Below the pieces are notes generated by a model, which did not search any database, was not told the origin of the DNA, and worked only from the letters and a program-made list of their open reading frames with translations. From a virus (lineage: Duplodnaviria; Caudoviricetes), in the IMG/VR virus record IMGVR_UViG_3300030330_004014, positions 1 to 29,114 of that record: a stretch of DNA of 29,114 nucleotides. One strand, given 5' to 3'. The first letter of the stretch is position 1, and the number at the start of each line of letters is the position of its first letter. The translations under genes were made by a program, and so were the position numbers. Positions 6,714 through 15,040 of the stretch are shown piece by piece.

Positions 6714-6962
6714 ATGCCAGAAAAAACATGGTTACAAAAAACTCCATTGACATCAAAAAAGTTTCTTTTTGCTTCAGCAGTTAATTTTATTTGGCTGCTG
6801 TTGATTGGATTTGGCATTAGTCGCGAACTGAGCCCAGAAACGCTTAACGCTATGATCTATTCAGCCGCTTTAACCCAGAGCCTTTATCTGGGTGGCCAAT
6901 CGGCTGTTGATGCGTTTGTTAGGGGTGCTTTTGCCAGATCAAGACCAGACCCAAAAGAATAA
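6714..6962 (+). CDS. Small two-TM membrane protein, holin-like
   Basis: 82 aa with GAGGA RBS. 'LTSKKF' is followed by two hydrophobic segments and a charged C-terminus. Confidence 0.55.
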   Translation: MPEKTWLQKTPLTSKKFLFASAVNFIWLLLIGFGISRELSPETLNAMIYSAALTQSLYLGGQSAVDAFVRGAFARSRPDPKE

Positions 6963-8475
6963 ACCTGATTTAGTCAAGGCGTTAAAAAAACGCCAAGCTC
7001 TAATAAGCATAGCCAAAAAATATCCTTTGGCCGTTGCGCGTTTGTGGGTTCCGCATTGCTGCCGCTGGGATGGTAAAGGCGAAAACAGCCCACGCGCCAA
7101 GGGCTGTGGCCAGCCCATGGAAAGGTTAGGGCCAAACCGCTGGATTTGTAGATCATGCCAAATAACTGAACAGCGCACAAGCCAAATAGAAGCCTTTCAC
7201 AATTTAGATAAAATTAATTCTATTTTGTGCAGTGGCGGCAATAGAGCCGGAAAAACCCAATGTGGGGCCATGCTGGCAGTGGCCAAGGCGGCTGGTTCAG
7301 ATCAATGGTGGGTTAAAGAATGGCTTAAGCTTAACGATCTGCCACCTGATTTAATACAGCCTGGACCCACTACAGTTTGGGCCTCTGCTCTGTCCTATTC
7401 TGATTCATTGGCATATGTCAGACCAAAAATAACTGAATATCTACCCCATGATACCATTTTTAAAAACTGGCATGGACCAGGCAGAAGCCAAGTGATTTTA
7501 AAAAATGGTGGGCGCATTGTTTCCATGTCTGCCGATTCTGGGCGCGAAAAATATCAAGGTGCTGGTGGTGGCCCAATACCGTTATCAATGGTTTGGCTGG
7601 ATGAAGAACACAATAACAGTATCCATCAAGAATGTTTAATGCGGCTGGTAGATTTCAAGCAGGTCCATAACGGTAAAAAATACACTGGATTTACCTTCTT
7701 AACGATGACACCATTAAAAGGCGTGACGTGGCCCCATGCCCTTTACATTGAAAATGAAGATCCAGCCTTTAAACATGTAAACATTAGTGGGTTGGATAAT
7801 CCTTGGATAAGCTCGGCGCTTCTCTATAAGGCCGTTAGCCATATGTCCGAAGAAGCCAAGGCCAGCCGCCTACATGGTTCTTTCACAAATCAACAAGGCG
7901 TGGTTTATTCGTCGTTTGATAAAAACATCCATGTCATAAAAGCCCACGATCCTAAACCAGATTGGTCTATTGATCTGGCTTTTGATTTTGGGGTCCGTAA
8001 CCCGTTTTGCTGCCTTGCTTTTGGATACGATCACAAAGACGATTGTTTACATGTATTGGCTGAGTTTTTCCAGACAGAAAGAACCACCATCCAAAACGGT
8101 TTAGAAGTCAAAAAACGATTTAAAAAATATTTGACCCACCCAAATTACCGTTGGGCTGTAGCTGATCCAGAATCATTGGATGCCAGAAGAACCTTAGCCA
8201 ATAACTGTGGAATCGAAACGGTTAAGGCTCCAAAATATCTGGGGGTAATTGACACCATTAATTTAGTTATGCAGCGTTTAGCTCTAAATGCTGAAGGTAA
8301 GCCAGCGTTATACATCCATGATAACTGTGTAAATCTGCTTAAAGAGTTTCGTCTTTATCGCTGGCAAGAAAACACCACAGGAAAAGACAAGCCAAAAAAA
8401 GTTAATGATCATGGCTTGGACTGTTTGCGCTATCAAGTCGCTTTTTTAGATAAGTGGCTTAAATATCAGTCTTAG
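6892..8475 (+). CDS. terL: Terminase large subunit (true start may be ATG 6910 or TTG 6931)
   Basis: Walker A GGNRAGKT, Walker B VWLDEE, coupling motif TMTP, and RNase H-like nuclease residues (AFDFG, ADPE, NDHGLDCLRY). Confidence 0.95.
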   Translation: MANRLLMRLLGVLLPDQDQTQKNKPDLVKALKKRQALISIAKKYPLAVARLWVPHCCRWDGKGENSPRAKGCGQPMERLGPNRWICRSCQITEQRTSQIEAFHNLDKINSILCSGGNRAGKTQCGAMLAVAKAAGSDQWWVKEWLKLNDLPPDLIQPGPTTVWASALSYSDSLAYVRPKITEYLPHDTIFKNWHGPGRSQVILKNGGRIVSMSADSGREKYQGAGGGPIPLSMVWLDEEHNNSIHQECLMRLVDFKQVHNGKKYTGFTFLTMTPLKGVTWPHALYIENEDPAFKHVNISGLDNPWISSALLYKAVSHMSEEAKASRLHGSFTNQQGVVYSSFDKNIHVIKAHDPKPDWSIDLAFDFGVRNPFCCLAFGYDHKDDCLHVLAEFFQTERTTIQNGLEVKKRFKKYLTHPNYRWAVADPESLDARRTLANNCGIETVKAPKYLGVIDTINLVMQRLALNAEGKPALYIHDNCVNLLKEFRLYRWQENTTGKDKPKKVNDHGLDCLRYQVAFLDKWLKYQS

Positions 8476-8481
8476 AAAATG

Positions 8482-8518
8482 AAAAAGCCCCAGCGTTAAC
8501 TAAGGCTTTTTATTTTTT
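8482..8518. terminator. Probable bidirectional terminator
   Basis: AAAAAGCC...GGCTTTTT between the convergent terL and 8556..8849. Confidence 0.65.
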
Positions 8519-8555
8519 CGATGTCAAAAAACTTTTTATTACTAAAATTTATAGT

Positions 8556-8849
8556 TTAATCATTTATCTCCTTATGCAGCTGGCTTATCAAGCCTTTATG
8601 GGTTGGGTTAAAATAATCTTTCCACTGTGCCAGATTATAAATCTTTACACCGTCTGCCAGTTCTACACAAAAGCGTTTTTTTGTTTTTACGCCTTTTGGT
8701 GTGGTGGTTGTGACGTTTAAGCGGTGAATAACCTTTATGTGAGCTTCAGCGCCGCCCACAAATCCATTTAAGCCATTCAAGTCTTCCGCTATTTTGTAGC
8801 AGCCTTTCAATGTGAGGGTATATTTTGATTTTTGTTTGGTGGTTGTCAT
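8556..8849 (-). CDS. Hypothetical protein, stand-alone cassette
   Basis: 97 aa with its own palindrome, leader box with AGGAG, and terminator. Confidence 0.75.
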   Translation of the reverse strand: MTTTKQKSKYTLTLKGCYKIAEDLNGLNGFVGGAEAHIKVIHRLNVTTTTPKGVKTKKRFCVELADGVKIYNLAQWKDYFNPTHKGLISQLHKEIND

Positions 8850-8854
8850 GTTTT

Positions 8855-8889
8855 CTCCTGTTGTCGTTTGCTGTCTATATAGTATTTAG
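8855..8889 (-). promoter_or_regulatory. Leader box (8855-8873) and adjacent palindrome (8875-8889)
   Basis: CAGCAAACGACAACAGGAG and CTATATA-G-TATTTAG. Confidence 0.8.
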
Positions 8890-8940
8890 TCAATAAAAAG
8901 GGACTATGCCAATTTATTTTTAAGTATTTTTATTTTTTTT

Positions 8941-8972
8941 AAAATGCGGCAAAAAAAAGATCGTGGTAAATA
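8941..8972 (+). promoter_or_regulatory. Putative late promoter, copy 1
   Basis: AAAATGCGGCAAAAAAAAGATCGTGGTAAATA, nearly repeated at 15001-15034. Confidence 0.6.
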
Positions 8973-8999
8973 TAGGCATGGACCCAACATGGTTAATTT

Positions 9000-9419
9000 A
9001 TGGACCCGATTTTAAACGCTCTGGTAGATTATGGCATAGCTGGCCTTTTTTTAATTTATATGATTTGGACTAAACAAAAAGACCAGAGCCGATCTGATGC
9101 CATGCGCGTTGGATATGAAGAGAAATTGGAACGGCTACAAAAAGAAAGCCAAGATAATCAAGAAAAAATAAGAGAGCGTTATCGTGAGGTCGTGGAAAAA
9201 TACGATCTTCAAATAAAAGAGTATAGCGTAGAAAGGCAGGTACAGATTCAAACCTACGCAGAAGAGCGCCAAGCGGCCAGGCGTAAAGAGCTTGAACAGA
9301 AACAAGAAATAGACCAAACTTTAAAAGAAATAAAAAAAGAAGTGGGTGAAAATGGCAAGTCGATAACAAGACTTCAAACCCAGTTAGAAAGCGTCATGTT
9401 AAGGTTTAGCACTAATTAA
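9000..9419 (+). CDS. Membrane-anchored coiled-coil protein (holin/BhlA-like)
   Basis: N-terminal TM 'YGIAGLFLIYMIW' followed by a long charged coiled coil. Confidence 0.55.
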   Translation: MDPILNALVDYGIAGLFLIYMIWTKQKDQSRSDAMRVGYEEKLERLQKESQDNQEKIRERYREVVEKYDLQIKEYSVERQVQIQTYAEERQAARRKELEQKQEIDQTLKEIKKEVGENGKSITRLQTQLESVMLRFSTN

Positions 9420-9436
9420 AACATGGACGTTAAAAA

Positions 9437-9835
9437 ATGAATCTTAACACCTTATCTGTTAAAAACTATGACACAATAGCAATAACAAACGCTTGGGATG
9501 CCAACAGGTCTAAAGAAATTGGCATAGACGTAAACGGCCACCAGGCTATTTTTACTGGAAACATTCAAGGCGTTTACATAAACTGTGATAGCATTGTGAC
9601 CGCCAAATCTATCACCATTTGTATCACTAAAGATGCAGCTGGGGATAACATCATTTTACCAGATACATTGGCTTCACTTTCATATGGTAAAACAACGATA
9701 ACTAACGGCGCTGCTGTTTGGAAAGTCGATTTAGACGCCACGATCACAAATAAAATTGTTTACTTGCATTTCAAGACAGATGCTGGCACTTTAAATATCA
9801 ATAAAATAAAATTAGTTTATAGGAGGCTTGGATAA
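9437..9835 (+). CDS. Putative virion structural protein
   Basis: 132 aa, beta-rich composition, co-oriented with the fibre gene. Confidence 0.55.
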   Translation: MNLNTLSVKNYDTIAITNAWDANRSKEIGIDVNGHQAIFTGNIQGVYINCDSIVTAKSITICITKDAAGDNIILPDTLASLSYGKTTITNGAAVWKVDLDATITNKIVYLHFKTDAGTLNINKIKLVYRRLG

Positions 9836-10084
9836 ATGCCCATATCAGATATTTTTAATCAAGCTTCTTCTGTTTTAAAAGTAGAAGATTTAACCAGCCA
9901 GTGTAATGGATCGCGGCAGGTTTTTACCATATCAGAAGCTTTTGATTCGTCATCTCTCCGCGTGTACTGGAACGGCATACGGCAAACCACGACAGAAATT
10001 GTAGTAGAATCATCTCTAACTTTTTCCACTACTTTTACACCAGCCACAGGCGCTCCGCTTGTGGCGGAATTTTACACGCTATAA
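9836..10084 (+). CDS. Small virion/fibre-associated protein
   Basis: 'VYWNGIRQ...TFTPATGAPLVAEF' resembles the C-terminal domain of the next gene ('VFRNGLR...TFGAAPNTDKIVVDY'). Confidence 0.55.
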   Translation: MPISDIFNQASSVLKVEDLTSQCNGSRQVFTISEAFDSSSLRVYWNGIRQTTTEIVVESSLTFSTTFTPATGAPLVAEFYTL

Positions 10085-10099
10085 ACAAGGGGTTTTAAA

Positions 10100-11983
10100 A
10101 TGGCGGTTCAGATAGTCACCGATCAGATCGGCGCTCAACAGGTAACAGCGGCAAAAGTCGCTAACAATTCAATCACATCTAACCAGATGGACATGGGGCA
10201 AACTTTTAATTTTACTGGTACGCTTCAAACTGGTGGCTCTGTAGTCGCCAGCCAATCTTATGTGGATGGCAAAATAGCTGGGCTTTCATGGAAAGAAAGC
10301 GTTAAGGTGGCGACTGATGCCGCTTTACCTTCTGCCACTTACAATAATGGAACATCTGGCGTAGGCGCTACGCTTACCGCTTCTGCTGATGGGGCGTTGT
10401 CGGTAGATGGCCAAGCGCTTTCCAGTAATGACAGAATATTGGTCAAGAATCAGGGTTTAGGGCAACAAAATGGCCTATATATTGTGACTAATCCAGGTGG
10501 AGCAAGCGCCGCTTTTGTCCTTACCCGTTCATCTGATGCAGACACCAGCGCAGAATTAGAAAATGCCGCTGTTTTTGTAAAAATGGGTTCTGAAAATGCT
10601 AACATTGCATTTACCCAAACCGCTGATAACATCACGATTGGAACAACGGTTTTGGCTTTCACTGCTTTCTCTGGTACAGAAGCCATTAACGCTGGCGAAG
10701 GAATCGCCAAATCTGGAGACGTGCTTTCTTTAGCTCTTAACGAGCTAAGCCCAGCGGTGTTAAATGTCTCTACTGATTCCATTCCTTTTATCGATGGCAG
10801 CGGTAATAACAAAAAAGAAAGCCTTGTGGATCTTGCTGGTGCTATGGCTGGTTCTGGCCTATCTGCAAGCAATGGCGCTATTGCACTCACCAATAACGCA
10901 GTTACTGTAACGGCTGGTGCTGGTCTTTCTGGCGGTGGTTCTATTGCCTTGGGTGCTTCTGGTTCTGTTGCTGTTGATCTTAATGGCTTGGCCGCTGCCT
11001 CTGTTAATGTCGGCGCTGATTCTATCGCTATCATTGATGCCGATGGCTCTAACGCATCGAAAAAAGAAGCTATTGCCGATTTGGTTACCGCTATGGCTGG
11101 TTCTGGTATTTCTGCCAGTTCTGGCGTTATGTCACTAACTAATAACGCTGTTACTGTTTCTGCTGGTACTGGTTTAACTGGTGGTGGCTCTGTGGCCTTG
11201 GGTGCTTCTGTCACCATGAACAGCGATTTAAACAGCTTTCCAGATTTGGCATCTGTTGACATGAACGCCGATAAAATGCCTATTGTTGATGGTGGTGATA
11301 ACTCATCCAAAAAAATCACCTTGGTACAATTGGCCAGTGGTTTGGCTGGATCTGGCATTTCTGCCGCTTCTGGTGTTCTTGGATTGACAGCCAACAGCGT
11401 TACCGTTTCTGGTGGTAATGGTCTTTCTGGCGGTGGTGCTGTTACTTTGGGTGGTTCTACGTCTTTGGCGTTGGACCTTAACGAGCTTAACGGCGCTGCA
11501 TCTGTTGACGTTGCTAATGATTTTATTGCTTTCATTGATGCCAATGATTCAAACGTATCTAAAAAGCAGTCAATCAGTCATTTAACAACAGCCTTGGCGG
11601 GTACTGGGTTAGCCAATGATTCTGGCCAGCTTAAAATTAACACTAATGGCGTAACCGCTAATGAATTGGCCAATGATGCTGTCGATACAGCTGCAATTGC
11701 TGATGATGCTGTAACCATTGCCAAGATTGGTGCGCGTGCATATACAGAAAGCTTTGCTGGTAATGCCGGGACCACTTATGATTTGGCGCGTGCTGTCGAT
11801 GCCAATTGGGCAGATAGAGTTATGGTCTTTAGGAACGGGCTCAGATGCGTCAAGAAGGCAAGCGGGCCCGCTGACGCCTCAGAGTATACGGTAGGCGTAA
11901 CGGCTGGCACTGGTGGCGTTTGCCGTATCACTTTTGGCGCTGCACCAAATACAGATAAAATCGTCGTCGATTATATGACTTAA
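10100..11983 (+). CDS. Fibre protein (tail or head fibre) with internal repeats
   Basis: 627 aa, G/A/S-rich. It has 'KESVKVAT...DRILVKNQ...NGLY...LTRSSDAD' as seen in phage fibres, AGxGL repeats, about four copies of an ~80-aa unit, and 'AVTxAK' pentapeptides. Confidence 0.75.
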   Translation: MAVQIVTDQIGAQQVTAAKVANNSITSNQMDMGQTFNFTGTLQTGGSVVASQSYVDGKIAGLSWKESVKVATDAALPSATYNNGTSGVGATLTASADGALSVDGQALSSNDRILVKNQGLGQQNGLYIVTNPGGASAAFVLTRSSDADTSAELENAAVFVKMGSENANIAFTQTADNITIGTTVLAFTAFSGTEAINAGEGIAKSGDVLSLALNELSPAVLNVSTDSIPFIDGSGNNKKESLVDLAGAMAGSGLSASNGAIALTNNAVTVTAGAGLSGGGSIALGASGSVAVDLNGLAAASVNVGADSIAIIDADGSNASKKEAIADLVTAMAGSGISASSGVMSLTNNAVTVSAGTGLTGGGSVALGASVTMNSDLNSFPDLASVDMNADKMPIVDGGDNSSKKITLVQLASGLAGSGISAASGVLGLTANSVTVSGGNGLSGGGAVTLGGSTSLALDLNELNGAASVDVANDFIAFIDANDSNVSKKQSISHLTTALAGTGLANDSGQLKINTNGVTANELANDAVDTAAIADDAVTIAKIGARAYTESFAGNAGTTYDLARAVDANWADRVMVFRNGLRCVKKASGPADASEYTVGVTAGTGGVCRITFGAAPNTDKIVVDYMT

Positions 11984-12020
11984 AAATTGGGTTTATCCTT
12001 TGAGCAGTCGGGTAACCTGT

Positions 12021-12050
12021 GGCGGGCCATTAATTTGGCCCGTCACTTTT
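12021..12050 (+). terminator. Terminator of the fibre unit
   Basis: GGCGGGCCA-TTAATT-TGGCCCGTC followed by ACTTTT. Confidence 0.7.
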
Positions 12051-12105
12051 CCACAGAGTTTTCCACAGAGTTTTCCACAGGTTATTGATAAGTCTATGGA
12101 AAACT
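12047..12105 (+). repeat. Array of DnaA-box-like repeats, copy A
   Basis: TTTTCCACA at 12047, 12059 and 12071 (12-bp period), then GGTTATTGATAAGTC and an inverted near-box TATGGAAAA (12095-12103). Confidence 0.85.
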
Positions 12106-12124
12106 AAAACAGGCAGGTAGTAAA

Positions 12125-12397
12125 ATGGAGCCACTTAAATATCTTGACAACCTTTTTAGATCGTTGGGCAATAGAAACAAATGGGATAGCTGGACGTTTA
12201 TCTTCCGTCTTCTGGATGGTGGCCACTTAAAAATGAAAGACGTTTATGATGTGGGTGAATCGTTAGGCTATGAAAAAGCATTAATCGATATTAGGCGAAA
12301 ACAATATCTGGATAAAATGACGCCAGACCAAAAGCGATCCAAAAAAAGCAGAGCCAATAAAAGATTAAAAACAGAAATAAAAAAGTTTTGTAGCTAA
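12125..12397 (+). CDS. Hypothetical basic protein
   Basis: 90 aa with a K/R-rich C-terminus and a purine-rich RBS, directly after the box array. Confidence 0.65.
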   Translation: MEPLKYLDNLFRSLGNRNKWDSWTFIFRLLDGGHLKMKDVYDVGESLGYEKALIDIRRKQYLDKMTPDQKRSKKSRANKRLKTEIKKFCS

Positions 12398-13575
12398 TTA
12401 ACAATCGGGATCACAGTGCACCTACAGTTAATGTCCATCTCTGGCGCTCCAAAGGACCCCGGGTTTTGGGCTGAATAGCTATCAATAACAAATTCAGCAT
12501 TAACGTCTATGGCTTGATCATCTCGGCCATATTTGGCTTCTAAATCTAAATGTAAGTCTCTGGTTCTGCTGTCTCTGTTTGCCACCCATGCCTTTTTAAC
12601 TGTCAAACCATATTCTTCTTTAGCTTTAACAAAGCTTCTATTTTGTGCCCCAGAAATTATGCGCGTGCTTTCTGTTCTGGCTATCGTTCTGGCTCTGGCA
12701 TATCCGAAAATGGGATCTTTCTTTAAACCTTGATCACTAATGTTTAAAGCTATCTGGTCAATGGTTAAACCTTCTTTAACGCCATCTACTACTTTTTTCT
12801 GTACCTTCTTAGATGTAGTGGTCACGATTTCTTTTACTGCTTGATCAAGCATTTTATCTAAATAAAACTGCTCACCAAAAAATAAATAAGATGGCTCTTG
12901 GACATTGCCAAGCTTAAGCAGTCGTTTTAACATGCTTTTACCTGTTTTTTGCCAAGTGCCTTGATATGCGCCAGGTTTACCTTTGATCAATCGGCCATTT
13001 ACTATTTTATCTGGCGTGCCTTTAAGAAAGTCTTTTAAAATTACTTCCTCTTCAGCGGATGCCATTATTTTAAAATAGTCGATTCCTTTTGTTATGCTGC
13101 CATTGTAATTTTTTTGTTCTTTTATGCGTGATAAATATCGCTTTTTAGCGCCTTTCATGTATTTATTAAAAGCGGTTTGTAGCTTGGTTTCTGCTGGCTT
13201 CTGTGTTTTTTCGATATAGCGTAACCATATTGCTGTTCTTTTTTCATATTGCAGATCATAAGATTTTTGCTCTTCATCTGCCTTATCCATTTGTGAAACT
13301 ATTTTATTTGAAAAAGTTACTCCAGCATCACCAGCCCATAACGCCCACGCCACGCGGCCGGCACTTGGATAACCGTTTTGATCTGGATAAAAACCTTCAC
13401 CTTTTTTATCTTCTTCATGGCGTGCTAACCATGCGCGCATTTTACGCGCTTTTTCTGGGCTTATGTCAGAACCATTAGCCATTCTGGTGGCCCAATTAAC
13501 TGTGGCAGGTGTTAAACCCTCACCGCTTTTACCTTGGGCGTGCCATTTTAAACCCAATTGCAATTCTGCCACCAT
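12394..13575 (-). CDS. Minor head morphogenesis protein (MuF/SPP1 gp7-like)
   Basis: 'RARTIARTE', 'KKAW...DSRTRDLH' and 'INCRC' are gp7/MuF signatures. The frame stays open upstream into the portal 3' end. Confidence 0.9.
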   Translation of the reverse strand: MVAELQLGLKWHAQGKSGEGLTPATVNWATRMANGSDISPEKARKMRAWLARHEEDKKGEGFYPDQNGYPSAGRVAWALWAGDAGVTFSNKIVSQMDKADEEQKSYDLQYEKRTAIWLRYIEKTQKPAETKLQTAFNKYMKGAKKRYLSRIKEQKNYNGSITKGIDYFKIMASAEEEVILKDFLKGTPDKIVNGRLIKGKPGAYQGTWQKTGKSMLKRLLKLGNVQEPSYLFFGEQFYLDKMLDQAVKEIVTTTSKKVQKKVVDGVKEGLTIDQIALNISDQGLKKDPIFGYARARTIARTESTRIISGAQNRSFVKAKEEYGLTVKKAWVANRDSRTRDLHLDLEAKYGRDDQAIDVNAEFVIDSYSAQNPGSFGAPEMDINCRCTVIPIVN

Positions 13576-13625
13576 TCCTTTGGTGGGCTTAAAATCAATA
13601 TGGCTGTATTTATCAGGAACAGCCT

Positions 13626-14858
13626 TTAAAGTAATTTTTTTTTTAACAAAGAAAAATCTAAGGCTTCTGCTTCTGCCAATGGTTCGTCTATGTTTTGCTC
13701 TTCTTCTATGTTAGGCGTTTCCAAACCTTCATAGGCATAAGCGGCGCTGGGGCTGAATCCAAAAAGTATGTGTTTTTCTACTCTGGCCAATTGCGCGTCA
13801 CGTTTGGCCTGTAAAACTTCGACATTAGAATAATCAAATTTAACGTAGTATTCTGGATCGAAACGCTTAGCTATCTGGGTAAACATGTATTCAAAACGCG
13901 CACCTTTGATAATTTGGTTTTGCCAATATGTAGACGCCTGAGCTTGGGCTGTGGCGTAGTTAGCTGTAGGCAGCCCCAAAACGCTTGGGACCACACCGCT
14001 AACGGCCGATATACTTTCACGTGAAATGGATCTAATATTAGAAAATTCCATATCTCGCATTGATAGATTTAATGGTGTGACGTCGATTTGACCAGATAAA
14101 ACAAGAGCCCCACCTTCTTTGCTTAAATCATTATATTGGCTTAAAATGCGCTGGCGTCTTTCTGCGCCCCATATGTCTGATTCATCTTTAGGGCTTAACA
14201 AAATATCTGGGCGGCCTTTTTTGGCACTAATGCTGGCCAGCTTGGCCGCTGATAAATCCGCTGATATTTCAGAGTTAAGAGGCTGGACTATTCCTGTACC
14301 ATATAAACCTTCTGGGCCAGTGGCATAGGAAGCGCCGCGAATGTGGATAACTCGATCTGTTGCATATAAAACAGTTTGGCCGCCAGAGGTGTGTAAATAT
14401 CCGCTAACCCCCATGGCTGGCTCTGTTTGGATTTTCACTTCTTCTGGATGAAGTCTTATTATGCTGGTTGGCTGTTCGGTTAAGCCAATAATTAATAGAT
14501 AACAGTTACCCGACAATAAAAGGTCTATAGCCAATTGTTCTCTAAGTAAGAATGGATCCGAATTTGTGCTGGGGTTATCCATTAAATCTAAAAAAGGGCT
14601 GTCTTCTACCAGTTCAGCATTAGAGCCTTTTCCTTTGAAAAGCCTTAATGGCAATGCAGCTAAATCTTGTGAGCTTCTTAAAACCGCTGCATGGGTGTAA
14701 CCATGGCCACCATATGCAGACAAAGCAGTCATGGCGCTGTAAGGGTTAGCCGCTCCGCTTGGGCTATTCCAGTTAACCCCATGATTTGGCAGCTGGGGTT
14801 TTTCTACCTTCTTAAAGTATTTTGTGATTCCACCAAACAAATCATTAAACCAGCCCAT
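13626..14858 (-). CDS. Portal protein (HK97-like)
   Basis: 410 aa with 'LAALPL', 'LLLSGNCY', 'RVIHIR', 'GLYGTG', 'DMEF' and 'GVVPSVLG...NYAT'. Confidence 0.92.
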   Translation of the reverse strand: MGWFNDLFGGITKYFKKVEKPQLPNHGVNWNSPSGAANPYSAMTALSAYGGHGYTHAAVLRSSQDLAALPLRLFKGKGSNAELVEDSPFLDLMDNPSTNSDPFLLREQLAIDLLLSGNCYLLIIGLTEQPTSIIRLHPEEVKIQTEPAMGVSGYLHTSGGQTVLYATDRVIHIRGASYATGPEGLYGTGIVQPLNSEISADLSAAKLASISAKKGRPDILLSPKDESDIWGAERRQRILSQYNDLSKEGGALVLSGQIDVTPLNLSMRDMEFSNIRSISRESISAVSGVVPSVLGLPTANYATAQAQASTYWQNQIIKGARFEYMFTQIAKRFDPEYYVKFDYSNVEVLQAKRDAQLARVEKHILFGFSPSAAYAYEGLETPNIEEEQNIDEPLAEAEALDFSLLKKKLL

Positions 14859-14947
14859 TTTTTATTCTCCATTTTGTTTTGAATCTATCACAAGATTAGA
14901 AGGCCAATAACCCTTAAATCAAAATGATGGCTAATAAATTAGCGCGC

Positions 14948-14962
14948 CCATATAGTATTTAG
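14948..14962. promoter_or_regulatory. Palindromic operator-like site
   Basis: CCATATA-G-TATTTAG in the divergent portal/protease intergenic region. Confidence 0.6.
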
Positions 14963-15000
14963 CTCAAACCGTCAAGGAATAAATTAATTTTTTTTAATAA

Positions 15001-15034
15001 AAAATGCGACAAAAAAAACCGCGTGTGGTAAATA
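15001..15034 (+). promoter_or_regulatory. Putative late promoter, copy 2
   Basis: AAAATGCGACAAAAAAAACCGCGTGTGGTAAATA, 6 nt before the protease ATG. Confidence 0.6.
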
Positions 15035-15040
15035 CCCAAT

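Noticed and set aside
8978-9073. Short upstream ORF starting with a duplicated ATGGACCC
   Set aside because: Out of frame with 9000..9419, with no RBS and no supporting motif. An 8-bp duplication is weak evidence.
10450-11544. 364-aa minus-strand ORF
   Set aside because: Antisense to the repetitive G/A/S-rich fibre gene, whose codon usage rarely creates opposite-strand stops. No RBS or motif.
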